From: Marsupella aquatica
Taxonomy: Eukaryota; Plantae; Marchantiophyta
DNA length: 64,000 nucleotides
Direction of reading: 5' to 3'
NCBI GenBank assembly: GCA_973895155.1
Contig: OZ316897.1
Span: 13,205,375-13,269,374 of the forward strand
Shown here: positions 25,801 through 37,800 of the stretch, piece by piece
How positions within the stretch are numbered: position 1 is the stretch's first letter
How the letters are laid out: every line of letters begins with the position of its first letter
Translations under genes and position numbers: made by a program
The notes under the pieces: model-generated
Database searches by the model: none
What the model was told of the DNA's origin: nothing
The model's input: only the letters and a program-made list of their open reading frames with translations

Positions 25801-28800
25801 TTGTCTCCCCATCAGAATTTGCCTTGTCTTCTGTGGCCCCATCATCATCATCCTCTCTAGCCTGTTCTTGTGAAGCATGCTCAGTAGTGGCATCCTCTGC
25901 CCCATCTTCTGTGGCATCATCATCATCATCCTCTCCATCCTGTTCTTGTGAAGCATGCTCACTAGTGGCATCCTCTACCCCATCTTCTGTGGCCCCATCA
26001 TCATCATCCTCTCCGGCCTGTTCTTGTGAAGCATGCTCACTAGTGGCGTCCTCTGCCCCATCTTTTGTGGCCCCATCAATGTCTTTCCTGTCTCCACCCC
26101 TTTCTTTTTCAGCTTCATCATCTGTGTTGTCATCTGTCTAGAACCCGTGACAAACATCTTCAGCAGAACATAAACCAAAAGCCACAAGTAGAACATGAAC
26201 AGAGTGGAACATAAACCAGAAGCAGAACATGAACCAGAGCGGAACATAAACCAGGCGCAGAACATGAACCAGAAGCAAAACATATACCAGAAGCAGAACA
26301 TAAACCAGGAGACATGCCTAGTATGAATGGCATAGGGAAACACATCATACAAAATTGCGATAGGATAGGAGGTCTTGGAATAAAGGCAAAGACAATGTGA
26401 GGTACATGGAGAGTGTTGTTGATGTTTTTTAGCTTCTTCTGAGTTGGTTCTTGGCTATTCTTGGCTGTTCTTGGCCTTCTCTTCCATGTAGACGATCTGT
26501 CAGGACCTACAGTTTTTTCCTGCACACAAGTACAAAGAGTCGCATTCCATAATACAAAGGAAAGAACATAAATTTGCTTGGAACATTAATGTCCTGAATA
26601 GATAGCATATGAATGTGCCTAACCTGGTTGTCGATGGAGGTGTAAAGTAAAATTCACATACCCTTCTCGACAAAACATAACTACATTTCACGTTCCCGGT
26701 ACCGATAGAACATAAACTCAATGAACACTAGTAGAAACCGGGGCAATTTAGACCAAACCTTATAAGACTAAGGCCACTAAGTCCTTTTTTACAACTTCAA
26801 ATGACTCGGAACCATTGCACCGGTTCACATGAACACTACAAAAGACTGTGAGTGCTTTTTGGTTTAGGATAAGACTATGAAAAGTTTCCACGTACCCTAC
26901 TTTGTGAAAGGGTGAACACTCTCGCACATGAGTGTTGTAGGGTTTAGTTGTGGGCCTCAATTTGATAATGGGCATATGGGGGGTTTACGTCCGCTATATT
27001 GAACACGTACAAACTCACTACATGTCTAAATGCCCTAATGTCTCATATACTCCATAGTGGGTTTAGGGGGGGTTTACGTCTCAAGGGTGGGCCGATTATA
27101 TGTGAAGGGTGTGGGTGGTCACCACTAAAGGGGGTTTAGTAGGGTTTATATGTCAAGGGTGGGCCGGTTAGGTCTCAAGGGGGTGGGGGTCACCAACATC
27201 CCATTCTATTCAAGTTTGCCAAGCCAAGAACCGGGTGCACGCATACCCAAGATTTTTGGGCTAGCATGATTTTCAATTCACAGCCGGCTCTACTTCACCA
27301 ACATCCGGCTTTATTGAACTTTTCCAAGCCAAGAAAAATTTGCTGAAATACCCAAGATGGCCATGTAGTAACACTTCAATGTAGTGGTGTCTCACTTTGG
27401 GTGACACTCAACGGCTCACTCAAACGGTAAGGCTGAGTGGCTCCCCTTAATGACTTAAGTCCCCTAATCTGGTAAAGAGGCACTAAACTGGTCTTTGGGA
27501 GTGACTTTGGAGTGTTTGGGCCATCGTCATTGGACGCAAACGTGAGGGGTCCAAGGTTCGGGGTTTTACGTTGGATTTAGGTTTTGGCTGTAGGGCTAAG
27601 AAGGTTGTGGCTGCTGCAACCTTCGATCGGAGCTAGTTGTGAGGGCTTCATTCTTCGGGGATTTTTGAGAGAAGGGCCTCTCATTGTTGCACAATTCTCC
27701 TGACCCGCACTGCCGATGTGTTGTGGCTGCACCCAGAGCGACTTGGTGTTGCCATTTGTTTCAAGAAGGTCGTGCTACCATTGCGAGTTGTTGAGGAGAG
27801 GGCCAGTTGCTTGCAAAAGGATTTGTAGATTGTGTCGGAGGTCTAGATTTCTCCATTTCTACCAAGAAACGACGTGCAACAAGGCAATGTGGGGCGCAAC
27901 GGCAATGTCCAGGGTAGTCCTGAGTGCTTAGGTCATTCCATTCCTTATGAGAAATGTCGTGCGGCAGGGCAATGTGCAGCGCAACGGCAACAATGTCGAG
28001 GGCACTCCTGAGTGCTTAGGTTTTCAGTGAGTTGCAGTTCGGGAGGAGCTGTGATCTGGGGACTGAGGCGCTGAGGGTTTAGCTGAGGGGAGGAGCTGTG
28101 ATCTGGGAAGGTGTTGCGGTGCCAAGGTCTATCGGAAGGTGAGGTGATTGTTGTGGAAGTTTAACTGTAGTGGGTCCTTAAGGTCGCGAAGGCATTCAAA
28201 GGAGGCGTGAGCAGGGCGGCAATCGTTTGCTGTTGCGGAAGGTGGACATTGGAGTTGTGAAGGCGCTGTGGAAGGCGACCACTGCGGAAGGTGGACTGCA
28301 GTGGGTCCTTAAGCTCGCGGAGGCATTGAAAGGAGGCTAAGCAGGGAGGCAATCGTTGCTGCTGCGGAAGGTGGATATTGGAGTTGTGAAGGAGGTCGTG
28401 GAGCTTAAAGAGCAGTTGCAGAATCGGGAGCCAGTTGTTTGTTAGGAGGAAGCAGTGACAGTGCTGCCATTGGTTATCAGTGTCATCAGCCAAAGGTTAG
28501 TCCCGGCCATGCAGCTGAAAGTGCGCTTCTTTCATCCCTTTTCCAGCAACTTTAGTTCCACATTGTTTTGTTGGGTTGTCTGTTGAATACTTTCATTGCC
28601 TCTACAGGCTGAAGGTTACTATAGGCCCTGGCTTGCGCACCCACTCCTTACACTCATGCCCAAAAACCAAACAACAAGTAGCAGAGCTCAAGCAGATCCG
28701 CTCCGCTCTGTTCTCAGCTGGCTGCGTAGTAGCTACATCTCCTCTGGTCCATCCTATTTTGAGCAATGTCATACCTCCGTAGCATACAGCTTGCCTGATT

Positions 28801-31800
28801 GAATGGTACATTAGGTTCAGCACATTTTCCCTATGGCTGAAGAGTTATGGAAAACCCCAACACAATGAAATTCGTTATGATTTGTCTTGGCAGTTGAAGC
28901 TGCTGAAATTGCCGATTCTGATTGGATTCGGTAGGAATTCAGAATTTGTTGAGTTTGTTTGTTGCTGGATATGAGTTATTCAAGACTCCATGATTTGAGA
29001 GAAGCCATTAGCATCCCTTGTAGATCCTAGTACCATCTGACATTGTGAGGGCTTGAAAGCCTCAAGTGACCGGGCCATCGTTGTATGCAAATTTTTGTTG
29101 TTGTATTCATGTACATCCCTGCTTGGATGAGGCGTGGTGTTGCTTGTAATCATGTATTTCTTCACACTAGAAAAGCAGTCTGTCATATGAGGTTGTTGGG
29201 ATTGTCTTCCGGTCAATCATCTTACGTCTTTGTGTTGTTTTGCGTTTCAGTGAAGGGCACTAGCAAGTAGCAAGAGCAGCGAGCTGTTGATTTGCACCTT
29301 AGGCTTGGGCTACGGAGGGAGTTGCTGCAGCACCACGACAAAGAACAAAAGCACGGGTAACATTACCACTATAGTTGTTGAAGAAAATACCTTTACCTGT
29401 TGCCATTTAAGCCGAGTGCACCGCCTTAAGTTTAAAGATCCCGTTGCTGGTAAGACATCATGGCTACATTGCTTTTCGATGTTGTCCTCTGTCCTTTTGT
29501 GGGAAGTGGAAATTCCAAGCTAAGACATGAATTGCCTTTGATTTTGGCTTCAACGTAAGATCTTCATTGCTTCTTCCAAAGCTATCGTGGCCGAGGTTCC
29601 CATTCAGCTCTGTTTCTCCATTTTTGTAGCCCAATGTGAAGCTCTGAACCTACCTTCTGCTGCACATTTCTCATGTGAGAGTTTAGCTTATTGTTCGTCT
29701 TCTGTCTTTTGTTTGTTATCATTCACGTCCATGTTTCTTCCTATCAGGTTTTTTTGACTTGTCCTAGTTCGGGCTTTCCTTCTACTGCATTTGGTGGTTC
29801 GATTTGCCCTGCGCTGTGAGCGCGCGTATAGTCTTGCAAAATTCCTTTAGAAATCTGGTCAGGTTTATTTGTGAGACAAGCAAATTGCCTTGTTACATCT
29901 GGTTCTCTATTACATGCCTTGTTGTCCCGTCCACTGTTTCCTGGAATTTTGTTTAAGTCGTCCAGAAGAGAATGGTGATTTCTTCTTCAATCAAACAAAA
30001 CCCCACCCAACCACCACCCAAGAACGTGGGGTGCGCGCTTCTTAATCCTCCTCAAACTGGCCCCAAGTCTGCTGAAACCCCATATATTACCCACCGGCAC
30101 CATATATCCTGCTATGTTTGATCCTCTGGTCCCTTTTTTTTAAGTTGCTCTTCGCATTGTTGCTTCATGTGGCCTCAGCATAGCAGTTTGTATTTGTTGT
30201 TTGTTGTCCATGTATAATTTCACATTGACTGACATGTCTGTATTTCTGCCCGGCCGTTTTAGATTTGGAGAGGAGACAGGGAAGGTTACCATTGTTCATT
30301 GTGCTTTTTTTCTCAACTGCTCAGTCGTTTGCTTTGCTATTCTTGCCAGTATGTTGTTGTCGGAGCTTGTAACTGCTAAGTCTGTTAATTGGTATTAAAT
30401 TTTGGTATTTCATTTCATTGGTAGTACTTTGTTTCTCTGTTGTGCTGCATTGAATGCTCTTGTTGATTGTTGTGTGTTCCGTCATAGTTCCTGCTTTTAG
30501 ATATTCGTTTGTAGAACAATTTCCGATAACACAATTTTGGTATTACTTCAATCCAAAATTCTATGTAAAAAGACATGAAGTAGCCTTTGTGCTTAATTGC
30601 TATGTAGCATCTGACTTCATTTGATTTTGCTACTGCCTGAAATTCATATCTCTTGCTTGAGTCCCACTTTGCTGGAGTTTTGTTGCTCTCTGTGCTTTGT
30701 TGTGCACATCAGGAGCGCAGGCATCTGAACACCATGATCAGATCAGATCAGATCATGTCAGTATAGTGTGGATAGCAGGGTGTGTGCTGCATTTTGATAT
30801 GGACAACCAAGTGTAGAGTTGACTCTTTGTGAATGTTTTAGCCTGTCTTGCCTTGAACTGGGCCATGGATGAATTGAGCTTGTGAGCAGTTTTTTTTCTT
30901 TCCCATCTTCCTGAAGCTTTGTCTACTTTCTGCCACCTCAGTGGAGGTTCACTTGCAGAACACGACAACCAGTGAGTTTTCTCTTTGCTGCAACCTACAA
31001 GGTGAGACTTTCGATCTTTCTGGATGAAAAAACAGGATCCAAATATGATTTATGTACATGTCCATAGGGAACATGGTTTTATATACATGCTCTTGGTCTT
31101 AGGAACTCAGCATGAAATATGTAGTTGGAACCAATTTAGTGAGTGGGAACTGATAAGTGCAGGTTGGTTGCTGTGGGCAAGGCAAGTCGACCTCCTGCTC
31201 GCCTTGCTCATCAAAGGACGTGAACAGAGGACATCACAACAAAAGCAACACTTATGGTGAGGACCCGCAACGCTGAACATGTGCGGTTTGCACGCAAGGC
31301 AAAGATGTTGCGCCTTGAGTATGTCAGACTAGGGATCCTTCCAGCCCAGTCTGCATGGTACTTTGAGTACTCTGTTCTTGCCAGGAACAACTACAGCCGG
31401 CCTCTACCTGCTTCAGTACCCTTCCCGACATCCTTGGTATTTGTGTCTCTTGTACATGACCCACCAAAAATTAGGTGCCAAGGGTGTGTGCACAGTTGCC
31501 AATATGACTGTCCTGCCTGTAGGGCTTCTGGCCCAGAGTTGGATGACCGTTCTCTTGGATGTCGGTTTTTGCACAGAGCACAATGTATCATCTGGAACCA
31601 CTCGTCATCCTGCAGTGTGCCTGGCAATGTCACTTGTCCTGCCCTCCCAGACCCCAACACCGGTGCCTTTGGTGTCTACACATGTTTGGATCACACGCTC
31701 TAGAGGACCACTTGTCTTACCGCATGCACAGACCAGAGACCATTGGCCTATAACTTAACACTCTGACTTGAACAGAGAGGATATTTACTTAAAATTTTGA

Positions 31801-34800
31801 TGTATGAGCAATTTTGGGTCCAGGGTTTAGGGTCAACAGTACATAACTTATCCTATTATGGCTGCACTAAGTACAATATCCTAATTTAAGAGGCTAGCAA
31901 GCTCACTTAAAAGTCTCCTTTCAAAGACTGGAATTAATGGGCCATGTGATAACCTGGAAAAAGTGATTTATGCCTAACTTATTTGTCTCATTCACTATCA
32001 TAGCCTATTTAGGATGTATAATTTACAACCCTGATCACACTGCTTGATACCAATCCTGTTCAAAAAATGCCTGTTTTACATGTCACGACTATTGTATGTG
32101 ATTCAAATGCATTAAATCTTGTTGCAGATCTCCTTTGGTGAATCATAGCCACAAAATTGAGGTGTAGGTGGAGCTATTGTACTAGGGGATCATTTTTCAG
32201 AGTGGGCTCAACAAACCAAAAAGTATGTCTACTCTGCACATGTGTGTGAACATTTCATTGTAGTAGCAATTGCCACTCTAGTCTATATGCTACACTGTAC
32301 TTTTTGTACACTGCTAAATTGTATTGTCTGTGCACTCTGCTAAATTGTACTATCTGTCTCATGCGTAGGCATGGCACGCCCTAAAATCCAAGCCAAGAAG
32401 CGGGGGACAGAGGTGAGCAACACAGGTGTAGTTGGGCCAGATGGTAGGAACTTCTCCGCAAGTTAGATATTCCAGAAGGCAGCTCATTGTTGTGCCATTT
32501 GTGACGATGGTGGGGGCTTAGCCATATGTGAGGGCCCTTGCATGAGGCATTTCTACCTCAACCCGGAGTCTGACCTTGTTGCAGAAAACAACTGTCCAGG
32601 GGTGGGCCTCCCGTCAGCACACCAGGGAGGCTGGATGTGCACTGATTGTTTGGAGAAGCAGGCTAAGTGTGCACAGTGTGGGAAGTTGGGGTCTTATGAG
32701 GGCTCTGTTGATGCTCCACCACTTGTTAGGAAATGCCCTGACATATATTGTGTGAGGTTCTTTTGTTTTTCATGTTTGCCCGATCTTGCCACAGCTTGCC
32801 CACTTCATAAGTGCAAGGCATGTGGTCAGCACGATGAAGATTTCTGGGTGGACATAGTCCACTGTGTTAGGTGTCCCACCATGTGGCACTTTCATTGTTT
32901 GAAGGAGCGTCAAGCAGAAGGCTATGCTTGTGACAGACACATCTATGATCACTCTGCACACGGTGTTGATCGATGGATCTTCTATTGTCATCGCCATGCC
33001 ATAGATCCTACTTTGCACACTCCCATGAGAGATCACATTTCTTGGCTTTGAACCTGAATAATGTACATGCATAGTGCACCTGATGTGGATACCTTGGAGA
33101 TTGCAGACATTCCAATTTTGAGAAGAAGGACCTCTGTAGGAGAGGATGCTTAGGCAACAAGTACCCTAAGTTCATTACTTGTTCCTGGGTACATGCCTTC
33201 AAAAACTCCCCTTAAGCCTTCTAGGAACTTTTTTAACTCTGCAATCATTTTGATCACGACTTACATGACATTGCTTAAATTAAATCAGGACTTCTCATTA
33301 TGAGCATATAAGTTACAAGGCTATTTAATTTGCGAGAATTCCCTTAAAGTGTACTAACATTTTGTATTCTCATTGAATGTCTGCCCATTTACAACATCTG
33401 TATGTGGCATCACAAAACAATTGCACTTGTCACCTTCAATATTGTGAAGGCACATATTCAAACTATGAGGTGCATGCTTGCAGGTATCTAGTACGTTTGT
33501 CCCAATATTTCTCCCGTTTGGAATCGGAGCAGAGACTCACCAGACGACTGGACTGGACCAAGTTATAAACGCAGCATTTTAAGGGCCTCCGATTATCAGG
33601 TGAACGCATTATCTTCCGGTCTGCAGGTGGCCCGTGTGTACATGGCCTCTAGGAAATGTACAAAGGTTGACCACCCGCCTCTGTTGGCTGGAATCAAAGC
33701 CATTTTGATTCCTGGCCACTATGGGTTCACCCAAGTGAGTTGGCCAATCGTACAAAAACAATTCTCAGAGTTCCATGGGACTGAAGTCAAGGACATCACT
33801 CCACAGACTACACATGTTGTTGCGGGGACATGGCTGGATGTGATGAACAAGTGGTCATGGTCCTTCATTGATTCTGCCATTACCAACCAAGGTCTAAAAG
33901 TAGTTGAAGTCTCTTGGCTGACTGATTCTGTTAAACATAGGTGTGTACAGAGTACTGAGCAATATGAGTTGTGGGAGAGTGAGGAGGCCACTGCAGAGGC
34001 TTTGGCTGAAAAGGAAGCCTATGAAGCAGCGGCAGAGAAACCCAACTTTGCTTTTGTCCAATATGGACCTGTTGTCAACATAGGACACCATCCTATGCGT
34101 GCAGATGCTATATTGAATGAGCATGGCAAGGAGAGAAATACCATTATGAAGGGGTTCAGTGTGGTATTTGCAAAAGAAGGAATTGGGGAGACTAAGTGCA
34201 GACTGTACAAGTCCATAGTTGTTGAGCTAGGTGGGACAGTGGAGGAGAGTCTAACAGAAACCTCCACTCATGTTGTAGGTCTGTCATACATGAAAATATG
34301 CAGAAAATTCTTTAAGACAATAGTGCGTCATTTTGTCATGAACAACAATCTTTGGGTGCTTTCCCTTGATTGGCTTCTGGAATCAGCAGCTAGAGGGAAG
34401 CGACAGAATGCTTGGGACTTTGATATTTTTGAGGCCTGGCCCTCCAAGATTCAGCGGAGATGTATGCTTAGCAAAGGTGGGAGAGAGTGAGGAGTAGGAG
34501 TCCCTCATATTTTTGTATAAATCACAATTTTGTAATAAATGTGATCCTTGAACTAACTCATCTTGTCATGGTTGGTCGCAGTTGAAGTGATTGTTGTTTC
34601 CTGCTACGTGGGGTGTGACTGTGAATCTACTTGTTGGGCTCTGTTTGGCTGAAGACTTTGGTGGGTATGCTGCTTCTTCCAGACCGTCAGGCCCTATGTA
34701 GGGTCCTCCTACGGGTTGCATCGTGCATGGCTATTGCTTGGGCTTACTTGTGTGGATTGGTAACCAGATAGAGTGTAGCTCCATCCGAGATAATGCCTGC

Positions 34801-37800
34801 AGACCTTGGATGTGTTGTGAATGCTGTGGTGAATGAGGATGCACAGTCTGAAGAGGACATTTACTTTTCAGCAGATGAGTTAGACAAGCACAATGCTGTA
34901 GGTGGTTCCTTGTTGCCTGATTTGGCAGATGATATAGTTCTTACACATGTCTGGCCGAGGGTTCTTGTGGTGTCTGGCGCACAAGATATCTGCAAATATA
35001 GACTAATTAGTACCCAGTGGAGGGACTTGGTAGCAACATGTGCACCATGGAGGGCACTGCTGCCACTGCTTGTAGGCACGGATCGAAGACCACCATGGCA
35101 TGAGCAGGGTTTAGACCTTGATGACTTAATGTACATGCCTGAGTACCTCAGGGCTGAGTGGCATCGACAACAGGATTGGTATCCGTATTTGATGTGGTAG
35201 TAAGATGAGGACATCTCACACCGGTCTCGCACTTGGCACCTGTGTCTATGACTATACATGATTGGACTCTGATATGGTCATGGATGTACGTGTAGAGGCA
35301 GTACATGTGAGGACAATGGAGGAGTTTACACCCTCAAACATTTAGGAATTTTGTCTCATTCACTTGAGAATAGGTACATGACTCAGGCACCTATATTTTT
35401 TTGTTTTGTTTTTTTGGAACGTTATGCTACGTATTTTGGCAAGTACAGTCGGGGGTGAAATCCTTAACAGGAAGTGTATTTTTCACTTGCATAATAAAAT
35501 GACAGGGTGCTGAGTGCGTGTGTATAGTGATGGCTCCAAGGTTGCCTCTTCACAACCCATTTAGGATTAGGTATCATGATTCTAAATTGTGGATGCGTGA
35601 ACAAGCCCGGGCCGCCCAAGGTAGGAGTAGGAGGATGAGATGCCCATGCACACAGTGCCAAGGATTCAAGTCGTTGAGTTTGAACACTGTGCACCTTCAC
35701 CTGCTGCGGCATGAAAGGCACCCTCGGTGGAGGGTTTGGAATGTACCAGCAAAAGAAGACTCCTCTGATGAAGAGTGGAGAGCTGACTTTGTGGATTTTA
35801 ATACAGCTAGGCGTAGAGACTACGTAGAGCAGGACATAGACTGTGTAGAGGATGGTCCTGGGGTCCAACATGAGAACGTGGATGACCAAGATGGAGATGC
35901 AGAGGCAGTCACTAAGGACGGTGGGATGGATGTCCCAAGAATGGTTCAAGAGATTTTTGAAGACCTTGATGCTTTTTACGACACAGTGGAATCAGAAGAG
36001 GACAATGAACCGCAGCCACACATTGGCGACGGCCAAGCTGAACCTGACTTTGACATTGGGGAAGGTGCAGCAGAGAGGGAGTGGGTGTTTGGGGGCCCAA
36101 AACACATCAAAGAAGCTTGCATTCCTATCTACGAGGGGTCAAACTGCTCCAAGCTGGGTTTTGTCGTGTTGTTGTTGAACATCTGTGGTAATCACAATGT
36201 TCCCAATATATTTGTGACAGAGTTGTTGACCTTCCTGCGCCAAAATGTGTTACCAGATGGTAATTCAATTCCAAAAAATATGTACGAGGCTAGGAAATTG
36301 ATGTCTAACCTTGGGCTGAACTATGTGTCTATTGACGCATGCCCTGATGGGTGTGTTCTCTTTCGCAAAGAGCATGCAGATAAATTGACATGCCCTCATT
36401 GTGGTAAGCACAGGTACAAGAATGTAGGGAAATGTACACACCCTGCCAAGGTTCTTCGTCATTTTCCTCTCATTCCTAGACTACAACGTCTGTTTAGATG
36501 CCCTGCCATTTCCAAGCTGATGACATGGACTCTTGATAACAAGAGCAGTGATGGCCTGCAGCATCACATTGGAGATTCCAACCATTGGAAATTTGTTGAT
36601 GAGAGGTGGCCACAGTTTGCTACAGAGAAGCGGAACTTTCGATTTGGTCTATCACTGGATGGAGTAAACCCATTTGGAGACAAAAACAACCATTATTCAT
36701 GTTGGCCGGTTATGCTGCTAAATTACAACCTTCCCCCATGGATGACTACAAAGAGGTTTTTTGTCATGATGGTGCTGTTAATCCCTGGACCAGCTTCTGT
36801 GACCGAGCAATTCATAGATATCATGTTGGCTCCAGCAGTGGAAGAGTGGAAGACTTTGTGGATAGAAGGGGTGTTAACCCATGATGTTTAGAAGGGGCTT
36901 CTTTGACCCAGCCCCTTTAGATTGCATGCAATTTGTTTGCTGGATATAGCAGATTACCCAGGCCATGGCATCATATCTGGACGAGTGACAAAGGGCTATG
37001 TGGGGTGCACACCATGTGAGAAAAATGTGACAAGTGAGTGGTCGCATGCCCTGCACAGTATGAAATTTCAGGGGCATAGAAGGTATCTGCCTGTTGATCA
37101 TCCTTACAGGCACACACGGTCTCAAATTGCACACTTCAACAACAAAACAGAGCTTTGTGGCCCACCACAGAGGGTCACCAGAGAGCAAGTCCTGAGGTGG
37201 GCAGCCAGGAAGGCTGATTGGGACAAGAGAAGTGCCACTGATCGAGAACCTGAGGATCCAGTGGTGAAACACGGTTTGAAAAGACAGACCTTGATGGACT
37301 TGGAGTTGGAGTACTGGAGGGTAATGTACTTAGCCTCCAGCCCCTGTATGATTGCAATTTTAGATTGGAGCAATGGTGGATTGATGTTGGTTACAATCCT
37401 CCTATGTGGTTAATTAGTGTTTCTGTTGTTGAATTCTTTGCTTTGTGGAGTGCAGGAATTCGAGCCCAGCAAACACAATGTGGACGTCATGCACATTGAG
37501 AAAAATATTTGTGAGAGCTTGCTGAAGTTCTTGTCGGGTGAGAAAGATACAGGAGCAGTTCGAGCTGATATGCAACAGAAGGGGATTCGCCCTCACCTTT
37601 GGTTGAAGCCCCATGCAAGCAATCCCAATGTACTTCTCAAGTTCCAAGCTCCCTATGTGTGCACACAGGATGAATGGAAGACATTCTTGTATAGATTGAG
37701 CTGTCTGAAAGTGCCCTCTGGCTATGCTGGTGCCTTCAAGAAGCATATTACAAAGAATAAACTTGGCAGTATGAAAACATATGACTACCATGTGTTGATG

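Noticed and set aside
25374-26141. 255-aa Ser-rich plus-strand ORF
   Set aside because: It is the antisense shadow of the acidic exon on the minus strand.
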